From: Synechococcus elongatus PCC 6301
GTDB taxonomy: Bacteria > Cyanobacteriota > Cyanobacteriia > Synechococcales > Synechococcaceae
Direction of reading: 5' to 3'
NCBI RefSeq assembly: GCF_000010065.1
Contig: NC_006576.1
Span: 1,260,001-1,292,000 of the forward strand
DNA length: 32,000 nt
Under the pieces are notes generated by a model, which saw only the letters and a list, made by a program, of their open reading frames with translations, was not told where the DNA came from and searched no databases. This document shows, one piece after another, positions 1-8,931 of the stretch (its first letter is position 1; each line of letters begins with the position of its first letter). The translations under genes were made by a program, and so were the position numbers.

Positions 1-191
1 GAGGTAATCGCTGACGCCAGCGACACTAATGGCAGACAGGCCGCGATCGCCCATGGTTACCCAACCCTTCTCTTCGCAAACAGCACCGCCCTGCCAGTCT
101 GACTCAACGCACGAAATCAGACACGGCAGGCACCAAAAATTGCAGGACGAGAACGATACAATCGCCTCCATCCTGTTCGGCCTCTTCCACC

Positions 192-1115
192 ATGCAATCC
201 AGTTTTCTCTCAGCGGTGCTACTGCCGCTGGCGCTTGTGATCATCATGTTTGGCATGGGCCTGACGCTGACGGTGCAGGACTTTCGCCGGGTTTGGATTG
301 CGCCCAAGGCCGTGGCGATCGGCTTGATCGCGCAGCTCGTGATGCTGCCCCTGCCGGGATCTGCGATCGCCTCGCTGACGCCCCTCTCTCCCGAGCTCGC
401 CGTCGGGGTAATTATTTTGGCGGCTTGCCCTGGTGGCCCAACCTCTAATCTCTTTACTTTTTTGGCGGCGGGGGATGTTGCCCTTTCGATTACACTGACC
501 GCCATCAGTAGCCTCATCACCGTTTTCTCGATTCCCTGGGTCGTCAACCTCGGGCTCCAAGCCTTTTTAGATCAGACATCGACCTTTCAGCTACCGTTTG
601 GCCCCACGGTGGTTCAGATTGCCGTTGTTGCGATCATTCCAGTTGTTTTGGGCATGCTCGTCCGGCACTATGCCCCCCAGCTAGCCCAGCGCACCGATCG
701 CAGCCTGCGTTGGATTTCGACCGCTTTTCTGGCTGCGGTCATTGTTGGTTTCTTTGCCCAAGAACGGCAGAATATCCTCGCCTTCTTCCAGTCCGTGGGG
801 GGCGTTGTACTTCTTCTCAATCTGTTGGCCATGGCACTGGGAGTTGGTCTAGCTAGCCTGACTCGCTTGGGCTACGCCCGTGCTACCACGATCGGCCTTG
901 AAGTCGGTATCCAAAACGGAACCTTAGCGATCGCGATTGCGGCCTCTCCCACGCTCTTAAACAATCCAGCAATGGCCATTCCAGCAGCCATCTACAGCTT
1001 AGTGATGTTTATGACAGGAGGTATTTTTGTCTGGCTGCGCCAACGCTATCAACCTACACGGGCTGTTCAAACAGCAGCAGAAGTGCCCGCAGCAGTAGGC
1101 TCACATCTCGAATAA
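192..1115 (+). CDS. Bile acid:Na+ symporter (BASS/SBF) family transporter, paralog 1
   Basis: 307-aa ORF with ATG at 192. Polytopic hydrophobic profile. Family hallmarks ACPGGPTSNLFTF and EVGIQNGTLAIAIA. Confidence 0.85.
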   Translation: MQSSFLSAVLLPLALVIIMFGMGLTLTVQDFRRVWIAPKAVAIGLIAQLVMLPLPGSAIASLTPLSPELAVGVIILAACPGGPTSNLFTFLAAGDVALSITLTAISSLITVFSIPWVVNLGLQAFLDQTSTFQLPFGPTVVQIAVVAIIPVVLGMLVRHYAPQLAQRTDRSLRWISTAFLAAVIVGFFAQERQNILAFFQSVGGVVLLLNLLAMALGVGLASLTRLGYARATTIGLEVGIQNGTLAIAIAASPTLLNNPAMAIPAAIYSLVMFMTGGIFVWLRQRYQPTRAVQTAAEVPAAVGSHLE

Positions 1116-1149
1116 CAGCAGCCAGCATTGTTGAGAGAGTGGCGAAACT

Positions 1150-3333
1150 CTAGGCCTGCAAGTAGTGCTGCCGCAGTTGTTGATCCTGCAATTGCTCACT
1201 CTGGCGGTGCAGTAGCCAACGGTAGAGCGCGATCGCAACAGTGGGATAGCTGGCCTCAAGTTCAGTCAAAGCCGCACGGTTTAGCCCGTAGACCATACAT
1301 CGACCCACGGCGATCGCTGTTTGAGGCTGGGTATCTCCGCGTAAAAACGCGAGTTCACCGCAGGGGCTGCCTGCCAGCACTTGACGGGCATCCCATGCCT
1401 CAGTGGCTTGCAGATGCAATTCACCGCGTTCTAGCCAGTAAATAGTATCCGCGCGATCGCCCTGTTGATAGAGCACTTCACCGTCTTTCAGTTGCGATCG
1501 CTGCCAGAACTGCAGTGGGACATCACAGTCATCGGGAAGTGCTAATAATTCTGGTAAGAGCAAAGCAAACGGTAAACTTTTGGGCCGTCTTGCATACTGA
1601 TCCAGCAGTTTGGCTTCCGCAGCTTGTAAGGCTGTATTCAAATCAGGAAATTGCTGATGCTCGGGTAGTAGCTGCAAAAATGGTCGCAGGGGTTTCTGAT
1701 AGTCGCTGGCGATCGCCGCCACCCAAAGTTGAATCGATTGCGCTTGCAATTCCACGGCAAAGCGGCTGAAGACTTCAGCCGTTGAGGAATCCGCTCCTGT
1801 CACGGCTTGATAGTCCAACAGCACTAAGTTGATTGAAACCTTACTTTGCTGCAGGCGATCGCGAACTGTTGACACAATCCGGCGAGCCGTTCCAAAGAAT
1901 AGGTAGCCTTGGAGCGACACCACTTGGAGCACAGCACCGCGCCGCCGCAGAATTGATTGTTGCGTTTCTACCCGCTCAATATTGCTGTGGAGATAGGCAC
2001 CAGTCGCCATTGATCGGATGGCAGGAGCACGACAATAACTAACAACAAAGGTCAAGCTACTGAAAACAATGCCGGCGGTAATTGCCTCTAGAAATCCTCC
2101 GACAATACTAATACCTAAAATCGCGATCGTAACCCAATATTCCCGTTGAGGTAGCAGTCGAATCGAGCGAAACACCCAGCGATCGATGTAGACCAATCCG
2201 ATGTTAACCAGGAGACCCGCCAAGATGGGCTTACACAACCAAGACGCTAAGTCTCCAAGGGCGATCGCAATCAACATTAGAACCGCAGCAACCCCAGCCG
2301 CCAGAGGAGTTGAGGCACCAGCCAAGCGGTTTAAGGTACTGCGGCTACCGGAGAGTAAGCCGGGGGAAAAGCCCCCGAACGGCAACATAATCAGGTTTGC
2401 AAGCCCCGTTCTTTGCAATTCCTGATTGAGATCCAGCTCTCGTTTTTCAACGTTTTCGAGGCTACTGAGATTGAGCGTTAGCGAGATTGCCGCCAGCAAA
2501 ATCAGAACTGGGATCAGGGCAATCTGCGGCAGCAGCAAAGCCCAGTCGATGCTAGGAATTCGGGGCCAATCCCAAAAGAAGACGATGCGAGGGGCAAGCG
2601 GCGGCAAAAACCAGCCGAATTGCGCTGCCTCTGCAAGGGAGTAGCCCAAACCAACCCGCACCAACTGTGCACCTACCAAGCCAGCTAGCAGCAGGACTGG
2701 CGTAATCCAAACACGCTTCGATCGCGTGCCCAATTGCCAGAGCAACAAGCCAAAGACGACTGCAACCAGGATTTTGGCAGCCGAATCCACGCTCCAGAGG
2801 CGTTCTAAGGTTGCCCCAGAAATCTTGAAGCCCAAGGCAACATTCAGCCCCCCGGTCAGTAGCAGCCAACCCGTCGCCGCTAAAAAGCCCCCCACAACCG
2901 GGTACGGAATGTAGCGCAACCATTCGCCAATTCCACAGCGACCCATTAACCAAAGCGCCACCCCAATACAGGCTGTGGCCACAACCCAGTAGATCAACAG
3001 GGTCACGCCCAACATGCGGGTGTCTGCCAAGGCTTCTGACTGACTGATGGCTGCGGCGATCACAGCCAACAAAGAGTAGATCCGTGAGTCCGGCGTCGCC
3101 AAACCGTAGGGCAACCCACGGCGATTCACAGCAAAAAAATTGAGACAGGCCGTACTGATCAAGAGTGCTGCCAGACCTGAAGCCAAGTAGGGACTCAGGA
3201 CATTGCTATATATCAGCAAGCCGGCAGAAATGTTTTCACCCAGTAGCAATAGACCTGAGACAAGTCCTGCCAAGATGTTGCGCAACGGTGCTGACTTCAG
3301 ATCAGCGATCAGCCGTTGCCCTACCCACGCCAT
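1150..3333 (-). CDS. SulP-family anion transporter fused to a STAS domain and a C-terminal cyclic-nucleotide-binding-like domain
   Basis: 727-aa ORF. The N-terminal ~450 aa is a polytopic SulP-like membrane domain. A STAS-like segment follows (LQVVSLQGYLFFGTARR ... LLDYQAVTGADSS). The C-terminal ~125 aa has a cNMP-binding-like fold (GEVLYQQGD ... GELAFLRGDTQPQTAIAV). Confidence 0.85.
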   Translation of the reverse strand: MAWVGQRLIADLKSAPLRNILAGLVSGLLLLGENISAGLLIYSNVLSPYLASGLAALLISTACLNFFAVNRRGLPYGLATPDSRIYSLLAVIAAAISQSEALADTRMLGVTLLIYWVVATACIGVALWLMGRCGIGEWLRYIPYPVVGGFLAATGWLLLTGGLNVALGFKISGATLERLWSVDSAAKILVAVVFGLLLWQLGTRSKRVWITPVLLLAGLVGAQLVRVGLGYSLAEAAQFGWFLPPLAPRIVFFWDWPRIPSIDWALLLPQIALIPVLILLAAISLTLNLSSLENVEKRELDLNQELQRTGLANLIMLPFGGFSPGLLSGSRSTLNRLAGASTPLAAGVAAVLMLIAIALGDLASWLCKPILAGLLVNIGLVYIDRWVFRSIRLLPQREYWVTIAILGISIVGGFLEAITAGIVFSSLTFVVSYCRAPAIRSMATGAYLHSNIERVETQQSILRRRGAVLQVVSLQGYLFFGTARRIVSTVRDRLQQSKVSINLVLLDYQAVTGADSSTAEVFSRFAVELQAQSIQLWVAAIASDYQKPLRPFLQLLPEHQQFPDLNTALQAAEAKLLDQYARRPKSLPFALLLPELLALPDDCDVPLQFWQRSQLKDGEVLYQQGDRADTIYWLERGELHLQATEAWDARQVLAGSPCGELAFLRGDTQPQTAIAVGRCMVYGLNRAALTELEASYPTVAIALYRWLLHRQSEQLQDQQLRQHYLQA

Positions 3334-3445
3334 CAGAAGTACTGGCTAAAGTCTGCTTGGCAATCCTAACCTCTGACTAGTTCGGTGGCTGACTTTCCCG
3401 AATTAAGCCTCTAAGCTCAACACAGAGGTTTTCTGCGAGCAAGTC

Positions 3446-3583
3446 ATGACGCCTTCCCGTTGGGGTTCTCTGATTGTTGTAGCGATCGCTGTCGGGCTCG
3501 CGATCGCCTTCAACATCGATGAACTCGCTGCCTTGATTGGCGCGACCGAAGCCAAGGAAGAGGTGCAAACGCCGGCTCAGTAA
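3446..3583 (+). CDS. Possible 45-aa single-pass membrane peptide (below the ORF-track threshold)
   Basis: Hand translation gives MTPSRWGSLIVVAIAVGLAIAFNIDELAALIGATEAKEEVQTPAQ, ATG 3446 to TAA 3581-3583, with one clear hydrophobic helix. Its 3' end overlaps the convergent receiver gene by 7 nt. No strong SD. Confidence 0.25.
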   Translation: MTPSRWGSLIVVAIAVGLAIAFNIDELAALIGATEAKEEVQTPAQ

Positions 3584-4152
3584 GGGCGTCCCCGGTAGGT
3601 CCGCTGAGCCTTAGGGGCTGGAGGAACAGAGGGTTCAGCCACTGATGGTGCAGGGAGTGCAACCGTCTCAGTCGCTTCAGCTTTGGGTTCCAACAACTTC
3701 GGCAGAATTTGAATCAGGGCCTGTTGATCGAGATTCGGCAATCCCAAAACACCACTGGTACGCCCCAGTGCTGTCAGTAAATCTGTCAACAGCGAATCGG
3801 TTTGGAAGGCTGGCAACAAATCCTGAGCCCCTTGAGACATCGCCCAACGCTGTTCAGATTCCGCGATCTGGGTCTGAGTACTGTTAGTTAACAGAACCTT
3901 GACGCTGGGGTGTTGCTCCCGGCAAAACCGACAGAAGGCAAAGGGATTCATACCTTCTGTAGCCATGTCAACAATGATCAAGTCGGGCAGGGTGAGACCT
4001 GCTGAGGCCATTTGTCCCAACATATTGCTGAGATCAACATCTGCTCCTTCTTTGATGACCGTAATTGATTGAGAGGCCAACGCCGTGGACCAAACCTCAG
4101 ATTGGAAGGGGTCTACTTGGACGAGAAGTGCAGTCTTAGAAGTAGCAGCCAT
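3577..4152 (-). CDS. CheY-like receiver-domain protein with a Pro/Ala-rich C-terminal tail (stand-alone, possibly a pseudo-receiver)
   Basis: The ORF is open to 4260. In-frame ATGs lie at 4260, 4206 and 4152. I chose 4152 (MAATSKTALLVQVDP) because it sits just before receiver beta-1. Receiver-like motifs: DLIIVDM (acceptor Asp), KVLLTNS, GAQDLL. The start codon is uncertain. Confidence 0.6.
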   Translation of the reverse strand: MAATSKTALLVQVDPFQSEVWSTALASQSITVIKEGADVDLSNMLGQMASAGLTLPDLIIVDMATEGMNPFAFCRFCREQHPSVKVLLTNSTQTQIAESEQRWAMSQGAQDLLPAFQTDSLLTDLLTALGRTSGVLGLPNLDQQALIQILPKLLEPKAEATETVALPAPSVAEPSVPPAPKAQRTYRGRPY

Positions 4153-4465
4153 GGGAAAGGCAATGAGGTTGGATTCGTTAGAACCCGAATGTGCTGAAGA
4201 GTACATGGGTTTAAGGAGCAAGTGAATGCCGGAAGCGGGTAGTATTCGGAGTTCTAACAAAGATTACTCAACCGAACCGGTCATGATGAACAGTTTGGCT
4301 CTTGCCTTCTCAAGAAGCGTAGGGGGCTCAATATTTTTCTGATAGAGAAATATCTATTGGTAGGTATTTATGTATATTTTGCAACCAACAAGAGCCTGGC
4401 CTCAAAGGAGTTTGGTAAGAAACTCTTAGTCAATTAGAAGACGAGTACGCTCGGGACGGTCAAAC

Positions 4466-5017
4466 CTAGGCAAGCCGTTGTTCTAAGTATTGACCAATCA
4501 TAATTTCTTCACCTGCCCGAGAAATGATGGTCTGGCGGGTGCGGTAATGCTGTCCAATCAGACGGCATTCTTCCTCAAAACTAGAGCCCCCATACTCACT
4601 GCGCAGAGTCAAGGTATCAGGGTTGCTGAGCTGGAACTGGGCAACTACAGGGTTACGGGTGGCAAAGCCACTGTCTCGGTAGAGGCGATCGCCCAGGACG
4701 CCAAAAACGGTGCGTCCAGTTTGGGTCTTACCTTCTGGCCCTTGGTATTCGCTGTGCCAAGTGACGCAAGCTCCGCAGAGTAGGGGCACATCCAATTGGT
4801 GGAGGGCCGCTAATTCCAGCAGGTCACCATCACCTTGGGTGAGGGCTGTGACCCCAATCGTGCTGATCACCTCTTGTACATCGCCACTTTTGAGGGTGTA
4901 GTAACGACGCTGGGAATGCCATTGTCCGTGCGATCGCTGGAAGTAATCTTCAACAGCAGCGAGGGGTGCAGTCAGCAAGCGATCGGGCATGCGAGACTCC
5001 TGGTTACGTGCCGGCAT
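4466..5017 (-). CDS. CpcS/CpeS-family phycobilin lyase
   Basis: Family-typical sequence: DYFQRSHGQWHSQRRYYTL ... SEYGGSSFEEECRLIGQHYRTRQTIISR. The longest ORF (to 5125) would overlap the upstream gene, so ATG 5017 (alternative 4990) is preferred. Confidence 0.8.
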   Translation of the reverse strand: MPARNQESRMPDRLLTAPLAAVEDYFQRSHGQWHSQRRYYTLKSGDVQEVISTIGVTALTQGDGDLLELAALHQLDVPLLCGACVTWHSEYQGPEGKTQTGRTVFGVLGDRLYRDSGFATRNPVVAQFQLSNPDTLTLRSEYGGSSFEEECRLIGQHYRTRQTIISRAGEEIMIGQYLEQRLA

Positions 5018-5088
5018 GCTAAGAGCGACCTCTTGCGAACGGATGTAACCATCGTAACAATTTGTTAAATTTGTGGGCGATCGATCGC

Positions 5089-5373
5089 CTATTTCGCTTC
5101 CAGTGCAGCAGCAAAATCTGCCCAAGTCTGCGGAGGAGCGAGAGGCTGCTCCGCATTGTAGGGACTGCGAAAGCGCTGCACTGACTGGATCGTCGCCGAC
5201 GCCGGAAGCACAGGAACATCCGGGTCAAAGTCTGTCGGCTGGGTCAGCGAACTGGAGAAGCCTCGAAAGACCAGCAACTCGACCGCTTTGCCCTGATCCT
5301 CGGCCAAAACCCGCAAGACCCAATCCCGGTGGCGCAGGCTGTACTGCTCTAGCTGATGAATCGGTAGTGTCAT
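5089..5373 (-). CDS. Conserved hypothetical protein (94 aa)
   Basis: Clean ATG ORF lying between two co-oriented genes with gaps of tens of bp. Codon usage resembles its neighbours. The LLVFRGFSSSLTQPTDFDPDVPVLP segment looks like a conserved cyanobacterial protein that I cannot name. Confidence 0.6.
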   Translation of the reverse strand: MTLPIHQLEQYSLRHRDWVLRVLAEDQGKAVELLVFRGFSSSLTQPTDFDPDVPVLPASATIQSVQRFRSPYNAEQPLAPPQTWADFAAALEAK

Positions 5374-5398
5374 GGGCAGCGCTTCCTCTCCAGTGGCC

Positions 5399-5998
5399 CT
5401 AGAGGGCGCAGCGACCTTGACGGGGCAGGCGAGTCAGCAGGAATTGCACCAAGCACAGCCCGTAGACCACAAGCCCAAAAACCCCAAAAAAGCTGATTAG
5501 GCCCGGTTTATAACCACTCAACAGCCATTCCCGCAGGCCATAGGGTGGCGACAGCCAAAAATTACAGACGGCATCTTGAACGATCGCCTCACGGGGCAAA
5601 AAGCTGCAGGGTAGCGATCGCGCGCTGAGGATCAAACCAAAGCCTGAATAGACTGTGACCGCCCAGCGCCAAGCGGTGAAGCCCAGCCGCAGCGGACGGA
5701 AGCGAGGTAGGTCCTCGACTTCTTCGTTCAAATCCACCCAGAACCACAGGCTGATTGGAATCAGTAGTCGCGCTAGGAATCCTGTCAGAAAGCTGATCGG
5801 CAGGGCTGCCACCATCATCAACACGGTGATCGCCAACAGACTGGCAACCCGCCAGTAGATCAGCATCAGCCGCTGAATCGCTTCCAGTTTGCTGAACAGC
5901 GACCAGCCCAGCAGCACCAAGGGGATGAAGACCAAAATCAACACGGCGAGGCGATAGTCCGTCCACACCAGCGATCGCAGCAGGGTTTGCGAAATCAT
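5399..5998 (-). CDS. Multi-pass membrane protein of unknown function (possibly DUF3177-type, from memory)
   Basis: 199-aa ORF with 4-5 hydrophobic helices. First gene of a co-oriented trio with the 94-aa ORF and the CpcS-family lyase. Confidence 0.7.
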   Translation of the reverse strand: MISQTLLRSLVWTDYRLAVLILVFIPLVLLGWSLFSKLEAIQRLMLIYWRVASLLAITVLMMVAALPISFLTGFLARLLIPISLWFWVDLNEEVEDLPRFRPLRLGFTAWRWAVTVYSGFGLILSARSLPCSFLPREAIVQDAVCNFWLSPPYGLREWLLSGYKPGLISFFGVFGLVVYGLCLVQFLLTRLPRQGRCAL

Positions 5999-6122
5999 GC
6001 GTTCCTAGCCAGCAGAACAGCGCGATCGCCCCAGCAAGGCTCAATCACGCAAAAGGCTCAGGAAATTCTTCCCAAGCCTGTCGATCAGCATACCGCCCGT
6101 GGGTGAGCGTTGATTGAGGTGA

Positions 6123-6350
6123 CTAGTCGTCGTAGATCAGGCACTCAGCGGCATCGGGATTTTCGCTGCAGTAGTCACCGAAGAACGGTTCAGTCTCAGA
6201 CTTTTGTTGCCGTTGGTGGGCGGCTTCAGCTTGCAGCTCTTCAACGGCATCCCATGCAGCCGCTGCATCCGGTGAGGTCGCGCCTTTCTCTTCACTGATA
6301 GCGTGGGCCTCTTGCCGGGCCTGTTCAATTTTTTCTTGAATGTCGCTCAT
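6123..6350 (-). CDS. cp12: CP12, Calvin-cycle GAPDH/PRK regulatory protein
   Basis: 75 aa. Contains the AWDAVEEL core motif and the C-terminal loop C-SENPDAAE-C followed by LIYDD. Confidence 0.9.
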   Translation of the reverse strand: MSDIQEKIEQARQEAHAISEEKGATSPDAAAAWDAVEELQAEAAHQRQQKSETEPFFGDYCSENPDAAECLIYDD

Positions 6351-6582
6351 GCGGATGACCTTCTCAGCACCGTAGGGCGGAGTTTTGCTCTCCGCTCAGT
6401 CACCATCACACTAGCAAACGCTGTCCGCTTTTTGTGCGATCGCCCAAGGGTTCCAGCCGCGAGCCACAATCCATTGGAATTGGTCATCCCCTTGGTTCTC
6501 TCGCTTCCCCCAAGAGCACACACAGGAGAGTATCGTCAGAACAGGCAGGTAATGCTCTCGGTCTTTTGCGATCGCCACGCCC

Positions 6583-7779
6583 ATGCAGTGGAGTTGTGCT
6601 CTCTCAACCCGTCCTTCCTTGGAGCTTGCGCTGCAGGAAGTGGTGGCGCAGGCTTGTTCTGACCTGTCTGTTGCGCCTGATCTAGGCCTGATTTTCGTTT
6701 CAGCCAGCTTTGCCAGCGATTTTCCACGGCTGCTGCCGCTGCTGCAGGAAAAACTGCAAGTTCCCCGTCTGCTGGGCTGTTGTGGCGGTGGCATCGTCGG
6801 CACTCAGCAGGGTACCGGCGTGGAATGTGAGCAGCAACCCGCACTGACGCTGTTGTTGGCCAGTCTACCCGGGGTGCGAGCAACACCCTTTCACCTCAGC
6901 CCCGAGGCGCTGCCGGATCTCGATAGTCCACCCCAAGCTTGGATTGAAGCGATCGGGGTCAATCCCAGCGATGATCCTCAGTTCCTCCTGATGGTCGATC
7001 CCTTTAGCGCCAAGATTGAGGATCTGCTGCAAGGGCTGGATTTCGCCTATCCCGAGGCCGTGAAAGTGGGCGGATTGGCCAGTGGTTTGGGGGCAGAGTC
7101 AGCGATCGCCAGCTTGTTTTTTCAAGACCGACAGGTCGATGGCGTGATTGGGCTAGCCCTCAGTGGCAATGTCCAGCTGCAGGCGATCGTGGCTCAGGGC
7201 TGTCGTCCAGTTGGCCCGCTTTGGCATGTGGCAGCGGCGGAGCGCAACATTCTGCGGCAACTTCAGACCGAAGACGAGGAACCGATCGCCGCGCTGCAAG
7301 CCCTACAGTCAGTCCTGCGTGATCTCTCCCCTGAATTACAGCGATCGCTCTGTGTGGGCCTGGCCTGCAATTCTTTCCAAACGGTATTACAACCGGGCGA
7401 CTTCCTGATCCGTAACCTGCTGGGGTTTGATCCCCGCACTGGTGCTGTAGCAATCGGCGATCGCATTCGAGTTGGGCAGCGGCTGCAGCTGCACGTACGG
7501 GATGCCCAGACAGCGGCGGATGACCTCGAGCGGCAACTGGGGCAATGGTGCCGGCAGCATGCGACAAAACCAGCAGCTTCCCTCTTGTTTTCCTGCTTGG
7601 GGCGCGGCAAGCCCTTCTATCAGCAGGCCAACTTCGAGTCGCAACTGATTCAGCATTACCTCTCAGAGCTGCCCCTAGCTGGCTTTTTCTGTAATGGCGA
7701 AATCGGCCCGATCGCTGGCAGCACCTACCTGCATGGCTACACATCGGTGCTGGCTTTGCTGTCGGCCAAAACTCACTAG
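6583..7779 (+). CDS. FIST N/C-domain sensory protein with no output domain
   Basis: 398 aa. The C-terminus GFFCNGEIGPIAGSTYLHGYTSVLALL is the typical FIST_C ending. ATG at 6583. Confidence 0.85.
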   Translation: MQWSCALSTRPSLELALQEVVAQACSDLSVAPDLGLIFVSASFASDFPRLLPLLQEKLQVPRLLGCCGGGIVGTQQGTGVECEQQPALTLLLASLPGVRATPFHLSPEALPDLDSPPQAWIEAIGVNPSDDPQFLLMVDPFSAKIEDLLQGLDFAYPEAVKVGGLASGLGAESAIASLFFQDRQVDGVIGLALSGNVQLQAIVAQGCRPVGPLWHVAAAERNILRQLQTEDEEPIAALQALQSVLRDLSPELQRSLCVGLACNSFQTVLQPGDFLIRNLLGFDPRTGAVAIGDRIRVGQRLQLHVRDAQTAADDLERQLGQWCRQHATKPAASLLFSCLGRGKPFYQQANFESQLIQHYLSELPLAGFFCNGEIGPIAGSTYLHGYTSVLALLSAKTH

Positions 7780-8862
7780 CGCCAGCGAGACCTGATTGTC
7801 GATCTGCTGAGCGCGACTGTAGCGCTGGAAATAGGCCCGCACCTGAGCAGGCGCATCGGCCAAGCTGACCGTAGTATCACCGTCAGCCACCCCCGCCCAG
7901 AAATTCCGCAACATCGGCAGGAGAGCGATCGCCTCCGCCTCCGATAAATTCAACGGCTCATGGGTCAACAGGCGGATCAGGTAGCTCTGACTGCGATCGC
8001 CCATCCATTCCCGCGAAAACGTTTGTAAATCAGTCTGATCCGGTAGCGATCGCACCCGACGGGACTCTAGTTCTAGTTGCCAACCTTCAGCGGCAGGTTG
8101 TACGGTTCCGAGTCGGTAGGGATGGGGATAGCTGACCAAGGAACCGGTCGTGACTTCCCAGAGAGCACCTTGCTGACTGGTGGCTTGGATGTGGAGGTGG
8201 CCTGTGAAGATCACCGAGACGCTGCCCGCTTCGAGGATTGATCGCAATTCCTCGGCATTTTCTAAGATGTAGCGCTGACCAAGCGGATGCTGCTGTTGAT
8301 CGGGCAGATGCTCCAACACATTGTGGTGAATCATCACCCAGCGTTGGCTAGCGGTGGAAGTGGCGAGTTCTTGTTGCAGCCAGTTGAGTTGCGCGCAATC
8401 GACTCGCCCCCGATGCAGTTGATGGCCCGCTTCATCAAAAGCGATCGAATTCAGCGCAAACAGATCGAGATCCGGTGCGATCGTGCAGCGATAGTAGGGG
8501 CGATCGCTCGTGAAGCCAAAGTCTTGATAGAGCTCGACAAACTCGGCCACACCGGTGCGATCGCGATCGCTCGCTGCGGCGGGCATATCGTGGTTGCCCG
8601 GCACCACATAGACCGGATAGGGCAACTGGCGCAATTGTTGCAGCAGCCACTGATGGTTTTCCCGCTCCCCGTGCTGGGTTAAATCCCCCGGCAGCAACAG
8701 GAAGTCCAAATCCAGCGCTGCCAGTTCTGTCAGGATTTGCTCAAAAGCCGGAATGCTGCACTCAATCAAATGGAAGCGATGGGGATGGTGCCAAATTGTC
8801 TGCGGCAGTCCAATGTGGAGATCGCTCAGCAGCGCAAATCGAAACGCTCGGTTCATTGCCAT
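7675..8862 (-). CDS. Calcineurin-like metallophosphoesterase
   Basis: Motifs LSDLHIG, LLPGDLTQHG, VVPGNHD, IHHN and FTGHLH. The 3' end runs 105 nt into the convergent FIST gene. Confidence 0.8.
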   Translation of the reverse strand: MAMNRAFRFALLSDLHIGLPQTIWHHPHRFHLIECSIPAFEQILTELAALDLDFLLLPGDLTQHGERENHQWLLQQLRQLPYPVYVVPGNHDMPAAASDRDRTGVAEFVELYQDFGFTSDRPYYRCTIAPDLDLFALNSIAFDEAGHQLHRGRVDCAQLNWLQQELATSTASQRWVMIHHNVLEHLPDQQQHPLGQRYILENAEELRSILEAGSVSVIFTGHLHIQATSQQGALWEVTTGSLVSYPHPYRLGTVQPAAEGWQLELESRRVRSLPDQTDLQTFSREWMGDRSQSYLIRLLTHEPLNLSEAEAIALLPMLRNFWAGVADGDTTVSLADAPAQVRAYFQRYSRAQQIDNQVSLALVSFGRQQSQHRCVAMQVGAASDRADFAITEKAS

Positions 8863-8931
8863 CCCCTCAGCTATCGAGCCCGATTCTAGGCGAAGCTAGG
8901 TCGAGTCCGTTGTCTTCAGTTGCAAGCATTC

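Noticed and set aside
1-54. Possible start of a minus-strand gene leaving the window (ATG at 54-52, MGDRGLSAISVAGVSDYL...).
   Set aside because: Only 18 codons are visible, which is too little to call.
3377-3568. 63-aa minus-strand track ORF between the SulP gene and the receiver gene.
   Set aside because: The translation (MHLFLGFGRANQGSEFIDVEGDREPDSDRYNNQRTPTGRR...) has no hydrophobic core or motif. The opposite-strand 45-aa TM ORF is the more credible reading of this gap, though still weak.
5018-5125. N-terminal extension of the CpcS-family ORF (MGRFCCCTGSEIGDRS...).
   Set aside because: It would overlap the 3' end of the upstream 94-aa gene and adds a Cys-rich, non-conserved-looking leader. 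Family members begin near the DYFQ region, so ATG 5017 or 4990 is more plausible.
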